64,000 bases of DNA from Chthoniobacterales bacterium (lineage in GTDB: Bacteria; Verrucomicrobiota; Verrucomicrobiia; Chthoniobacterales; SZAS-18), in NCBI GenBank assembly GCA_038322235.1, contig JBBQFQ010000021.1, forward strand, positions 1-64,000. The letters run 5' to 3'. The first letter of the stretch is position 1. Each line of letters starts with the position of its first letter. The position numbers and the translations under genes are program-made. Below the pieces are notes generated by a model that had not been told where the DNA came from, made no database searches, and worked only from the letters and a program-made list of their open reading frames with translations. Below are positions 40,377 to 50,390 of this stretch, piece after piece.

Positions 40377-40449
40377 GTATTAAAGAATTAGTAGCAACTG
40401 GCCGGAGATTGCGGAACGGCGCGGCTGCCGTCAACTAATTCCTTAATAC
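40377..40449. promoter_or_regulatory. 16-bp inverted repeat (GTATTAAAGAATTAGT ... ACTAATTCCTTAATAC, 15/16 match) immediately upstream of the blaI-like gene; candidate operator
   Basis: Arms at 40377-40392 and 40434-40449 separated by 41 bp. AT-rich in an otherwise 68% GC genome. Starts 2 nt upstream of the repressor start codon. Confidence 0.4.
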
Positions 40450-40577
40450 TTTACCTTCTCCGCCCCGTTTTACGCAAGAACGGCGGAGGTTCGAGTGCGC
40501 CAGCGAGCTGCCCTCAGCCGGCCGCTCCCACTTGCTTTCGCTCGTCCGGGACGCGACTGAAGATCGTCTTCGGACCG

Positions 40578-41159
40578 ATGTCCTCATCCCCGTTATCCCC
40601 CGCGATGCGCCTCGCCCCCTTTGCTCTGTTGGTGTTCTTCATTTGCCTCGCCGTGCCCGCCGGCGCCGAGGAGAAGGTCGCCACCGCGCCGGTCATGAGC
40701 GACACCCGCATCCTGGTGCCCGCAGGCGTGGTCGGCGCGTGGAAGCTGCGCTTGCTGGAGTTCAACGCCCGCGCCGGCACCTACGATATCCGCCGACACG
40801 GAAGGCTGAACAACCAACTCGCCAGCCTGCGGGTGATCGCCACCCGCCAGCGTCCGGAGATTCCGGCGTTCATGTCGCTCGCCATGGGCCAGACCCATCC
40901 CGATCCCATCAAACTTGATCGAACCGTGTTCATCCGCCCGTTGCGCCGCACGCTTCGCTTTTACCATCGGGATCACGGTGGCGGCCCTGAGAATGACATC
41001 TACTGCACCGAGCCCGTGGCGATTCCCGACGGTCGGGGCGGAACCCTGTTCCTCGTGATCGAGGCGGAGATCAGCGAAGGCGATCCGGCCAGCCTTCTGG
41101 CCAGCGTTCGCTGGGAACGAGCCCTCGCCGTCGCCCGCTGGAAAGTCTCGCCGCCGTAG
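40578..41159 (+). CDS. hypothetical secreted protein
   Basis: Signal peptide (MRLAPFALLVFFICLAVPAGA). No domain recognised. Confidence 0.45.
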   Translation: MSSSPLSPAMRLAPFALLVFFICLAVPAGAEEKVATAPVMSDTRILVPAGVVGAWKLRLLEFNARAGTYDIRRHGRLNNQLASLRVIATRQRPEIPAFMSLAMGQTHPDPIKLDRTVFIRPLRRTLRFYHRDHGGGPENDIYCTEPVAIPDGRGGTLFLVIEAEISEGDPASLLASVRWERALAVARWKVSPP

Positions 41160-41172
41160 TGGGCTCCGCCGG

Positions 41173-43221
41173 CTACGGCAGGCTCACCTGCAGGCGGAGG
41201 AACAGCGGACCGGTCGCGGCGGGGAAGTCCCGCCAGTAGTTCCCGAATCCATCGGTCTGTTCGGCGACTGCCGTGGCGGTCCACTGGAGGAGATTTCCGC
41301 TCGTCTGCACTGCGTAACTCACGCCCGCGCCGGCCTTCCGATACGTGAAGCGTACGTTCCCCGCGACGAGCGTGGAGCGCGGCAGTCCCGCGGCATCGGG
41401 GGAGTTGGGGTTCAGGCCCTGGGAATACTCCAGCAGATTGCTGGCACCATCGAGATCGGGGTCGGCTGTCCACGCGGCGGCACCCGCGGCATCGGGTGAG
41501 CCGAAGTTGGCGTCGAGCCATTGCTGCGGCGCCGTCAGGTATTCGTGCGCGCCGCGGTCGACGCGTCCGCCGGCCACCCGGCTCTGGCCGAAGTAGTCCT
41601 TCTCGCCCGGTTGGGCGTTGAACGGCGGCGAGGTCGCGCCGGTGTTGATCGCGGGCGAGGTGGCACTCAGCCGGAAGTCCGCGTCCGCGGCGGTATCACC
41701 CGGCAGCGCGACGACGAAGCCCGGGTTCACGAATGTGCTCGCCGCATCACCGCCGATCGCCGTGCGCCACGCGGCCAAGGTGGTGAAAACCTGGTACCCG
41801 CCCCCGCCGGCGGTGAGCGAAAACCCGAGGTTCGTCGCGCTACCCACGGTGCAGAAATAGAGCTGCCAGTCGAAGACGTTGCCTGGGCCAAGCTGCTTTT
41901 GTACCGGGGTCGCGCCGCCGTCGAACTCGGTCACGTGCGCGACGAGCATCTGTGTGCCGGCCTGTGCCCAAACGAGGTTGTTTTGAAACGTGCAGCGGCT
42001 GACGTAAAACTGGAGCGTGATTTGTCCGACCCCGCCGAGCGCGGTGTCGTTCTGGTAGAGCGTGTTGTTGGAAAACGTGCAGTCGCGGGTTTCGCCGCGG
42101 AGATGATCGTAGCCGCCGAGGATGAGCCCGGCGCCATCGTTGTGGTGGGCGAGATTGTTTCGGACCGTGATGAAATCGGCCCGTCCCGCCCCGTTCTCGC
42201 TCGCGACTTCGAACCCGAGGTTGCAATGGTGCACGTGATTGCGCTCGATCAGCGTGAGCGTGCCGCCGTCCACGTAGATCCCGCCGGCCGACTGCGCCCC
42301 GCCACCGGTGCTCAGGTTGCCGCCGTAGGCCGGGTTGAAGGCGCTGTCGATGCGGGCCACGACGTTGCGGGCGACCACGCCGTTGCGGGCACGATCCTGC
42401 GCCGGATCCGGGCAGGTGCCCTCGAAGCCGGCGATGTCGATGCCGATGTTGTTGCAGTCGTGCACGCTGTTCCCGGTGACCCGGAAGCCGTCCACGTTGC
42501 CGTTGATCGTCAGCGCCTCGCTCGCACCCAGGCGGAGACTGTGGATTTCGTTCCCGTCGATCACGATGCCGGACATCGGCGTGACCAAGTTACCGAAGAC
42601 CAGAATGCCTTGGGCGTTGGCGCTGAAGTCGAAGAGCACCGCGCTGTTCTGTTCGATGTGGTGCACCGTGCAGGCCGTGATGGTGACGTCCTGGCAGGCC
42701 CCGGAAAGGAGAATGCCTTGTGGCGTACTGCTGGCGGACGAGGTGCGGTAATTCTGAAAAACCAACCCGCGAAAAACGAGATGGCTGCGAGAGGCGACGG
42801 TGAGCAACGCGCTGTTGCCGTTGGGCGGGTTGACAGCGGTCTGATCGATGACGGGTGTCTCGCCGGGGTAGTTGCGAAACTCGATCACTGATCCCGCGCC
42901 GCCGCTCACGTTGACGACCACGCGCTCGGGGTAGGTGCCGCCGCGGAGATTCACGACGTCGCCCGCACCGGCTACCGCCGCCGCGTGTTGAAACGTTCGC
43001 CAGGGAAGCGTGATTGTCCCGGGGTTAGCGTCGCTCCCCGCGCTCGGATGCACGTAGCGATCGGCCGCGATCGCCACCGGAGGGAGGAGCAGGCCCGCGA
43101 TGGCGGCTGACCAGAAAGCGGCGCTCCGCGTGCGAGGCGCGGTCCGCCCCAGCGATGGAAAAGGGAACTTCACGGGAGGTGCTCGAGGGGGGTAACGCGG
43201 TCCGCCCGCTGCCGTTAGCAT
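41173..43221 (-). CDS. secreted right-handed parallel beta-helix repeat protein (pectate-lyase fold)
   Basis: Signal peptide (AAFWSAAIAGLLLPPVAIA). Repeated beta-helix rungs with NN/HN-containing turns (NNLAHHN, NGNS, NNLVWA). C-terminal acidic D-rich segment (DPDLDGASNLLEYSQGLNPNSPD). Start reset to ATG 43221. Confidence 0.7.
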   Translation of the reverse strand: MLTAAGGPRYPPRAPPVKFPFPSLGRTAPRTRSAAFWSAAIAGLLLPPVAIAADRYVHPSAGSDANPGTITLPWRTFQHAAAVAGAGDVVNLRGGTYPERVVVNVSGGAGSVIEFRNYPGETPVIDQTAVNPPNGNSALLTVASRSHLVFRGLVFQNYRTSSASSTPQGILLSGACQDVTITACTVHHIEQNSAVLFDFSANAQGILVFGNLVTPMSGIVIDGNEIHSLRLGASEALTINGNVDGFRVTGNSVHDCNNIGIDIAGFEGTCPDPAQDRARNGVVARNVVARIDSAFNPAYGGNLSTGGGAQSAGGIYVDGGTLTLIERNHVHHCNLGFEVASENGAGRADFITVRNNLAHHNDGAGLILGGYDHLRGETRDCTFSNNTLYQNDTALGGVGQITLQFYVSRCTFQNNLVWAQAGTQMLVAHVTEFDGGATPVQKQLGPGNVFDWQLYFCTVGSATNLGFSLTAGGGGYQVFTTLAAWRTAIGGDAASTFVNPGFVVALPGDTAADADFRLSATSPAINTGATSPPFNAQPGEKDYFGQSRVAGGRVDRGAHEYLTAPQQWLDANFGSPDAAGAAAWTADPDLDGASNLLEYSQGLNPNSPDAAGLPRSTLVAGNVRFTYRKAGAGVSYAVQTSGNLLQWTATAVAEQTDGFGNYWRDFPAATGPLFLRLQVSLP

Positions 43222-43575
43222 CGCAGAACCCGGCTGGGAGTCGCGCTTTTCCCGCTGGGGCCAAGCCGGGTCGCCCCCGCTTTTCGCGGTCGGCTCGGAA
43301 TTTTTCGAGCCTTTTCTTCCGACCTCGGAATATCCGCAAAAATCCCTCGTCTCCACCAGCATCGACGCAAAGGAACCATTTTCGGGGCAGATGCTTTCGC
43401 CCCATTTCGGTCGCGCCCGAGGGCCGCGCGCCATCGCTTCCACTTTTGCCCGGGCCGTTCACGCGACCGCTTGCCGGGACGATCCGCCGGCCACCGGCAG
43501 GAGGGGTCTGGAAGGGCACCCGCTGCCGCCGCTTTTTGCCGTTCAATTCTTGGTTTTCCACGATCCAGCCCACTC

Positions 43576-44517
43576 ATGAAACCCTCCCACCTTCGGAGCC
43601 TTTTCCTCGCCTCCACCCTCCTGGCGGCGCCGCTCGCAGCCCAGTCCAATGTTCCCCAGCAGGATCAAGCCGGCCTCCTTAATCCGGCCGGACCAGGCCC
43701 CAGTCCCGGCGGGACTGGGGTCGGCAAGAACTCGGACGGCGAGATCCCAAATGCTCCGGTCAGTCCCGGCGACCGCGATCTCGGCGAACAGGTCATCCTC
43801 AAGGAGACCAAGCGTTACGAGGCTTTCTTCTTCTCGGCGGAGGCGAGCTTCAACGCGACCTCGAACGTCGCCCTCGTCAATCGCGGCGCCCAGAGCGACG
43901 TCTTCTTCGTGGGCCAGGTCGCCGCCGCCTGGCGTCCGCGCATTCGCGAAAATGTGGCCTTCGATATCTCGATCTCGCAGGCCTTCTTCAAATACGACCG
44001 GTTTCCCGGTTTCGATTTCGGCTCCTTCAACGTGGGCCCGGGGCTCTCGGTCAACTGGAAGAACCTCGTCTGGACCGTCCGTTACAACTACAACATTCTG
44101 ACGGACGGATCGTATCAAAATGAGTTTTTCAGCCAGCATTCCCTGATCGGCTCGATCCAGAAGAATTGGTCGATCAACAGTGCCACGGCGATCTACGCGG
44201 GCGTCTCGGCCAGAAAGAACTGGAGCGACCCTGCGGGACCGCAGCGGGATGAATACACGCTCTATTTCGGGGCGCGGGCGCAACTCAGTCGCTCGTTCTC
44301 GCTCGATGTCCTGTATCGCGCGGCCCTTCATCACTACACGTTTCAGGACCGCAACGACTTCAACCAGGTGCTCTCCCTCGCGGCCCGCTGGTCACCGCGG
44401 CCGTGGATCGCCGCCACAGTTTCCGTCACGCTGGCCTCCAACTCATCGGAGGTGAAGGCCTTCGATTACCGCGCGGCCAACGGTGGTCTCGCGCTCGGTC
44501 TTGCTATCAAATTCTGA
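43576..44517 (+). CDS. outer-membrane beta-barrel protein (porin-like)
   Basis: Signal peptide MKPSHLRSLFLASTLLAAPLAAQ. Alternating amphipathic beta-strands. C-terminal aromatic residue (..LGLAIKF). Confidence 0.6.
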   Translation: MKPSHLRSLFLASTLLAAPLAAQSNVPQQDQAGLLNPAGPGPSPGGTGVGKNSDGEIPNAPVSPGDRDLGEQVILKETKRYEAFFFSAEASFNATSNVALVNRGAQSDVFFVGQVAAAWRPRIRENVAFDISISQAFFKYDRFPGFDFGSFNVGPGLSVNWKNLVWTVRYNYNILTDGSYQNEFFSQHSLIGSIQKNWSINSATAIYAGVSARKNWSDPAGPQRDEYTLYFGARAQLSRSFSLDVLYRAALHHYTFQDRNDFNQVLSLAARWSPRPWIAATVSVTLASNSSEVKAFDYRAANGGLALGLAIKF

Positions 44518-44531
44518 TCCCCCTTCCTGCC

Positions 44532-47399
44532 ATGAATACTTCCCGACTTTCCATCGCTACGGCCGCTTTGCTCGCCGTCGCCTTCGGCGCGGTCCCCTCC
44601 GTTTCCGCCGCCGGCGTGGCGAAGGAGGCCACCATCACGCAGACGTTCAATGACGTGCGCACGCTCGAGGGTGCGGAGCGCGAACGACCCTCCCGCGCGA
44701 ATGAAGTCATCCGCGAGAATCAAGGCGTGCGCACCTCATCGCAGGCGCGCGCCGAACTTCGGTTCCGCGACAACGCCCTTCTGCGCCTTGGCGCCAACAC
44801 GATTTTCACGTTCGATGCGGGCGCGAACGAGTACGACCTCAAGCAGGGCACCATGATGCTCCAGGCGCCGAAGGGTGGGGGAGCCAAGGTTCGGACCGCC
44901 GCCATCACCGCAGCCATCGTCGGCACCACCATCATGCTCGAATATACGCCCGACGTGAATCCGCCGCCGGGCTCGAACAAGAAAAAGAAGAAGGGCTACG
45001 TAAAGGTCATTGTGCTCGAGGGAACGCTGCGGCTTTTCATCAATAATCGCACCGGTGAATCCGTCCTGCTCAACGCCGGCCAGATGATCATCACTTCGCC
45101 CGATGCCGTGCAGCTCCCGCCGCCCGTCACCGTGGATATCGCCCGCCTCGTGGAGACTTCCCTCCTCGTGAACAACGCGAACTGGGGCGGCGCCGCCTCG
45201 CAGGGCGTGGCTCTACCCCTCGTGAATCGCGAGATCGAACGCCAACGCGAAATGGTCACATCCGGCAAACTGACTCCGACCAATCTCATCATCCCCGGGC
45301 GCGGCACGAACGTTGTCCTGGCCAGCGCTTCCTCCGGCACCGGTGGCATCGATGCAATCCAGTACCGCAGTAACGCGTCCAGTGAGTCCAGTTCGTCGGT
45401 CGGGAGCGGAACCGCGCCTCCCGTCATTGGGCCCGTCTTTGTCAATCGGCCGACCACGCTCGACGCGCGCAACACGATCGACACGCCGCAGGCCGTCATT
45501 CGCGGGGGCACCCAGAATTCATTTGCGACGTTCTACCCTGGGCGCGCCGGCGCCGGCGGGCAGGACTTCGCGCAGTACATTTTCCCGGGCGCGGTCAAGC
45601 CGATCGACTCTCGCGGGCCGTTCGGCGGTTTCATCCTGCACATCACGACTTTTCACACGCCGATTGAGGTCTTTAAATTCGATACGCTTACCATCTCAGG
45701 CACGCCGAGCTTCATCACGAGCAACGGCGGCACCGGGACGATGGACCACGTGCCGAATGTGGCGCTCGTCGGGGTGAATTCGCTCACGTTGGGCGGATCC
45801 ACCGGAACGTTTAATGCGACCGGCCTCGATCTCATTGTCCTCGTGACCGAGAACGGACCTCTCACGCTCCAGAGCGGCTTCACCTTTGCGGCGACCTCGA
45901 CCGAAGTCATTCTTCATGCCCGGGGCGCGACGGGCTCGCTGCTCATCGACGGCACCGCCAATTTCGGCGGCGAGCTGGTCTCGGCCGTCGCGGAACAGGA
46001 TTTCCGGCTCACCGGCAACTTCGTCGGCGGCTCGGTGAACATTACGGCCGGGAACCAGATCGTGGTCACGTCGACCGGCACTTTTTCAGTGGGCAGCCTC
46101 ACGTTGAATGCCGACCAGAGCGTCTCCCTCGGTGGCAATTTCTCGGCCCTGAGCAGCCTCGCGATCAATGCCCCGCTCGTGACGCTGACGGGGAACCAGA
46201 ATTTTGGCACGGCGAGCGGACGGATCAATGCGGGCGCCGGCGGAATAAGTGCGGGCACGTTCACCCTGACCGGGAGTAATCTCGACCTGCTCACTTCCGG
46301 CGGCGGCGCCGTGGTGGGTGGGATCTTCACGGTGCGCGACATCAGTCTCTCCGGCGCGCTGACGGCCGGCAATGTCACCGCGCGCAACATCACCGGCGTG
46401 GCCGGCGGCACGATCACCGTGCCCGGAACCCTCGCCGTGCAGTCGCTGATCACGCTCGGCGCCGTCAGCGTGGGCACCCTCACCGCCGCCAATGTGGATG
46501 TGGGTGGCGTGTTTGCCGTGCGGGACCTGACCGTGAACGGAAATATCACCGCCAACAGCGTGAGCCAGCTCCAGCTCCGCGGGCCGGATGCCACCACCGG
46601 TCCCGGCGGCGATGGCGGGAAATTCACCCTGATCACGACCGCGGACATCAACTTCCCAAACCCCATTAACGCGACCACCGGCAACAACGGCCCTGGCGTG
46701 ACCACCGGCGGCATCGGCGGCAGCGTGACGTACTCTACTTCCGGACAGATCGTCCTGCCGGCCGTCATTATCGTGTCGAACACAGCCACGACCCGCCGGA
46801 GTGCGCAGGGTGGCAATATTTCGGCGACCAGCACTCGGGCCACCAGCCCGGCCATCAGCGTGGGCAGCACGGCCCAGCTCCTCTCGCTCCTGGATGCCGC
46901 GGCGCCTGGGCCCGGCGGGCGCATCACGCTCGTCGCCAGCGGCGGCGGCAGCGTCGACCTCAACGGCAAGTTGCAGGCCGATCGCGGCACGGTCGAAGTG
47001 CGCAACGACGCGGTGGGCGGCACGGTCAACACGTCGAATACAGCGGACCTTCGCGGCTCCATCGTCAAGATCGGCGCGCTCTCCGCGAACGGCACGCTGC
47101 TGATCGGCGGCGGTCTGCTGGATGCCGACAACACGATTAAGCTCTACGCCACGGGCGCCAACGGCACGGTGCGGTTCACCGCCAACACGACCCTGAGCGG
47201 CACCAGCGTGAAGACGATCGCCGCGCAAACGGTGACGATCGACAACGCCCGCACGGTGACCATCTTGGGACCGGCGCCCGCGCAGGTCTTCACCAATGTG
47301 CCGAACTACAACGGCTTCGGCGGCAATGGCTCGACCACCGGCACCTTTGGCGGACAGGGCGCGGTGACGGTACCGCTCGGCGCCCAGCCCGGGTTCTGA
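44532..47399 (+). CDS. large secreted FecR-domain protein with long beta-helical/adhesin-like repeat region (955 aa)
   Basis: Signal peptide. N-terminal FecR-like region (RFRDNALLRLGANTIFTF...KQGTMMLQAP). Then over 600 aa of Gly/Thr/Asn-rich repeats (TLTGSNLDLLTSGGGAVVGGIFTVRDISLSGALTAGNVTARNITG...). Confidence 0.7.
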   Translation: MNTSRLSIATAALLAVAFGAVPSVSAAGVAKEATITQTFNDVRTLEGAERERPSRANEVIRENQGVRTSSQARAELRFRDNALLRLGANTIFTFDAGANEYDLKQGTMMLQAPKGGGAKVRTAAITAAIVGTTIMLEYTPDVNPPPGSNKKKKKGYVKVIVLEGTLRLFINNRTGESVLLNAGQMIITSPDAVQLPPPVTVDIARLVETSLLVNNANWGGAASQGVALPLVNREIERQREMVTSGKLTPTNLIIPGRGTNVVLASASSGTGGIDAIQYRSNASSESSSSVGSGTAPPVIGPVFVNRPTTLDARNTIDTPQAVIRGGTQNSFATFYPGRAGAGGQDFAQYIFPGAVKPIDSRGPFGGFILHITTFHTPIEVFKFDTLTISGTPSFITSNGGTGTMDHVPNVALVGVNSLTLGGSTGTFNATGLDLIVLVTENGPLTLQSGFTFAATSTEVILHARGATGSLLIDGTANFGGELVSAVAEQDFRLTGNFVGGSVNITAGNQIVVTSTGTFSVGSLTLNADQSVSLGGNFSALSSLAINAPLVTLTGNQNFGTASGRINAGAGGISAGTFTLTGSNLDLLTSGGGAVVGGIFTVRDISLSGALTAGNVTARNITGVAGGTITVPGTLAVQSLITLGAVSVGTLTAANVDVGGVFAVRDLTVNGNITANSVSQLQLRGPDATTGPGGDGGKFTLITTADINFPNPINATTGNNGPGVTTGGIGGSVTYSTSGQIVLPAVIIVSNTATTRRSAQGGNISATSTRATSPAISVGSTAQLLSLLDAAAPGPGGRITLVASGGGSVDLNGKLQADRGTVEVRNDAVGGTVNTSNTADLRGSIVKIGALSANGTLLIGGGLLDADNTIKLYATGANGTVRFTANTTLSGTSVKTIAAQTVTIDNARTVTILGPAPAQVFTNVPNYNGFGGNGSTTGTFGGQGAVTVPLGAQPGF

Positions 47400-47436
47400 G
47401 CTCTGATGCGGTTCGCCTTTGAACCGTCCATGACGC

Positions 47437-49650
47437 ATGGAGCCAGAGTCTAAGGCGACCGAGGCATCGCCTCCCGCACGCCCGACGAGAGCGAGGCGCC
47501 TGCTCGCCGGTGCCCGGCTGTTCTGGAGGCACGCAGCGCACCGGCGTTGGATCATCGCCGCACTCCTTTGCGCCTTGGCGGCGGCCATTGCGAGCGAAGC
47601 CTTGGTTGAAGGCTGGCTGGAAAAACCGGAGAACGAGCTGCGCGATCTCATCGCCCGGCGGGGGCGCACCGCACCGGCCGATCCGCGCCTGCTCTATCTC
47701 GCGATCGATCAGGAATCGAAATCCATCGCGAAGCTCGACCTCGACACGCTCTTCGCCCAAGTCCCGCGCGATTCGCCGGATTATCACGCGCTGGAGCTGA
47801 TGGCCGAGGCGTTCCCCTGGTCGCGCGAAGTCCACGCCATGGTGGTCGAGAAGCTTTTTGCGGCGGGCGCCACCGCGGTGGGTTTCGATGTCCTCTTCAC
47901 CACGCCGCGCCGGGGCGATGAGGCGCTCCAGGCCGCGCTCGAGCGGCACGACGGGCGGGTGGTGCTGGCCTCGAATTTCGGCGAGCGCGATCAGGGCCCC
48001 GGCGGAACCTCCGCTTACGATCAACCCGTTCCCGAGGTGCTCCCTCGGACGGAAGACCCGGGCCGGTCGATCGGGTTCGTCAATTTCTTCGCTGATTCCG
48101 ACGCCGTCGTGCGGCACGCGGTCTTTGCGACGAGCGAGCGCGAACGCATGGGTCGCCTTCCGCTGCCGGGTGAAGCGCCGCTGCGCTCCTTTGCGGCCCG
48201 GCTGGCGCTGCTCGCGGTCGACGGAGCGCGGGTGCCGGCGGATTCCCGGCCCCGCCGGCTCCGCTTTGCCGGCGGACCCACGGAGGGATTTCCGCCCGTC
48301 TCCCTCTATCAGCTTTTCGTTCCGGACTACTGGCGCGACAACCTGAAGAACGGCGAGGTGTTCCGGGGGCGGATCGTGGTCATCGGTGCTTACGGCAACT
48401 GGGCGCAGGACGAGCATCGCACGCCTTACAAGCTTCCGATGCCGGGGCCGGAAGTGCATTTGAATGCCCTCAACGCGCTCCTGCAGAACGGCTTTGTCGC
48501 CGACGCTCCGGGATGGTGGCAGCCGCTCTCGATCGGGCTTGCCGCGCTCGCCGCGCTTATGCTCCGTCGGACTCCGCCGGCGGTGCGTCTGCTTCCCGTC
48601 GCCGGCGTTGGGGCTTTATTGCTGGCCGCGGCCTGGGCTGCTTTTCAGGGGTTCGACTGCAGCCTGCCCGTCGTGGCCGCGCTCGCCACCCTGCTGCTCG
48701 GCAGCAGCGCCGGTCTTGCCTACGATTTCACCGTCGAGGTGGCGGAGCGCGCCCGCACCCGGCGCACGCTCGAGCGTTATGTCTCGCGCGATGTCGTGCA
48801 TCAGATCATGGATAATCCGGCCGAGTATCAGGAGACGATTGGCGGCGTCTGGCGGCCGGTGACGATTCTGTTCTCGGATGTGCGGGATTTCACCAGCCTG
48901 ACGGAGGACGCGAATGCGCAGACGCTCGTTCGGCAGCTGAACGAATACTTCACCGCCATGGTCGAGTGCGTCTTTCGCAACAAGGGGAGTCTCGACAAAT
49001 TCATCGGCGATGCGGTCATGGCCGTGTGGGGCAATACCTCCGCCAGCGAGGGTCCGCAGCGCGACGCCTGCAATGCCGTGCGTTGCGCCCTGGAGATGCG
49101 CGAGGCTCTGGCCAAGCTGAACGCGAAATGGCGTGGGGAGGGTCGGCCCGAGTTCCTGATCGGCATCGGGCTGAATCAAGGCGAGGCGATCGTTGGCGAC
49201 CTCGGCTCACCGCAAAAAACGGAATTCACGGCCATCGGCGATGCGGTGAATCTCGCGTCCCGGATGGAGGGCCTGACCAAGCCTTATGGCGTGGAGCTGC
49301 TCGTGAGCGAAAACGTCGCCCGTCTGGTGGAGGCGGAGTTTCTGCTCCAGGACGCCGATTTGGTGCGGGTGAAGGGGAAGAAGAAGGCGGTCGAGATCTA
49401 CGCGGTCCTGGGACGCAACACCCCCGCTCTGATGGCGGAAGAAATGGCCGGAGGCCTCCGGAGCTACGTGGACGGCCTGGCCGCATTCCGTGCGGGTGAG
49501 CTGGAACGGGCCTTGGAGCTCATGGTCGATGCCACCGAGTGCCGTCCGCTCGACCCTCTCGCCGCGCATTATCGCGAGCGCATCGAGCGCGCCCGCGCGG
49601 GCGACGCCAGCGCGTCCTGGTCTGGAGCGACGGTGATGACGTCGAAGTAA
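47437..49650 (+). CDS. CHASE2-sensor adenylate/guanylate cyclase (class III)
   Basis: TM + periplasmic CHASE2-like region + TM cluster. Class III cyclase catalytic blocks (VTILFSDVRDFTSLTE; FIGDAVMAVWG; GIGLNQGEAIVGDLGS; TAIGDAVNLASRME). Confidence 0.85.
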   Translation: MEPESKATEASPPARPTRARRLLAGARLFWRHAAHRRWIIAALLCALAAAIASEALVEGWLEKPENELRDLIARRGRTAPADPRLLYLAIDQESKSIAKLDLDTLFAQVPRDSPDYHALELMAEAFPWSREVHAMVVEKLFAAGATAVGFDVLFTTPRRGDEALQAALERHDGRVVLASNFGERDQGPGGTSAYDQPVPEVLPRTEDPGRSIGFVNFFADSDAVVRHAVFATSERERMGRLPLPGEAPLRSFAARLALLAVDGARVPADSRPRRLRFAGGPTEGFPPVSLYQLFVPDYWRDNLKNGEVFRGRIVVIGAYGNWAQDEHRTPYKLPMPGPEVHLNALNALLQNGFVADAPGWWQPLSIGLAALAALMLRRTPPAVRLLPVAGVGALLLAAAWAAFQGFDCSLPVVAALATLLLGSSAGLAYDFTVEVAERARTRRTLERYVSRDVVHQIMDNPAEYQETIGGVWRPVTILFSDVRDFTSLTEDANAQTLVRQLNEYFTAMVECVFRNKGSLDKFIGDAVMAVWGNTSASEGPQRDACNAVRCALEMREALAKLNAKWRGEGRPEFLIGIGLNQGEAIVGDLGSPQKTEFTAIGDAVNLASRMEGLTKPYGVELLVSENVARLVEAEFLLQDADLVRVKGKKKAVEIYAVLGRNTPALMAEEMAGGLRSYVDGLAAFRAGELERALELMVDATECRPLDPLAAHYRERIERARAGDASASWSGATVMTSK

Positions 49651-49700
49651 AGAGGCGGATCCAGCCCGGAGGGCTGAGAGCGGAAGAGCGGGTCGGTTGA

Positions 49701-50390
49701 AGGCCTTGGCTCGGGTGACGGCGGTGGGCTGGCACCCCTCCGGGGTGCGATGGGTATTTTGGATAACCAGGGGTGTCGCTTCGCTCAACCCCTGGCTAAT
49801 GGCTGTCAGCCCTTCGGGCTGGGTGAGGGAGGCTGCGACGGGTGGTTCTCGTCCGTCATCGTTTCGCGATGGAGCCCTCGCGGCACCCGCGGGCGCGATT
49901 CGGGGCGTGGAGCGGAGATCCGAGGAAAGCCCGGCCCGGGTTCGGCCAGCCCGGAGGGCTGCCAGCGGCGCTCACAGCAGATTCGACGAACGTCCGGCCC
50001 GGGTTCGTCAGCCCGGAGGGCTGCCAGCGATTAGCCAGGGGTTGAGCGCAGCGACACCCCTGGAACCGAATCAAACCGGACCGCACCCCGAAGGGGTGCC
50101 AGCGGCGCTCACAGCAGATTCGACGAACGCCCAGCTCGGGTTCGGCCAGCCCGGCGGGCTGCCAGCGATTAGCCAGGGGTTGAGCGGAGCGACACCCCTG
50201 GAACGCGGCCAAAACGGATCGCACCCCGAAGGGTTGCCAGCGGCGCTCACCGGAGATTCGACGAACGCCCAACGGCGGTTCGGCCAGCCCTGAGGGCTGC
50301 CAGCGATTAGCCAGGGGTTGAGCGGAGCGACACCCTTGGAACGCGGCCAAAACGGACCGCACCCCGAAGGGGTGCCAGCGGCGCTCGGAG
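49701..50390. repeat. REP/BIME-like repeat array: one about 110-bp unit in direct orientation followed by 3-4 inverted copies, each with three internal palindromes
   Basis: Unit GGGCTGGCACCCCTCCGGGGTGCGATGG...CCAGGGGTGTCGCTTCGCTCAACCCCTGGCTAATGGCTGTCAGCCCTTCGGGCTGG. Inverted copies: CAGCCCGGAGGGCTGCCAGCGATTAGCCAGGGGTTGAGCGCAGCGACACCCCTGGAAC...CACCCCGAAGGGGTGCCAGC repeated at about 49990, 50150, 50290. The array abuts the RAYT stop codon. Confidence 0.6.

Noticed and set aside
43280-43320. GGCTCG-GAATTTTT-CGAGCC hairpin followed by a T-rich tract on the plus strand upstream of the beta-helix gene.
   Set aside because: It looks like an intrinsic terminator, but there is no upstream plus-strand gene for it to terminate. 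It is possibly a regulatory hairpin in the divergent promoter region, and is too uncertain to annotate.
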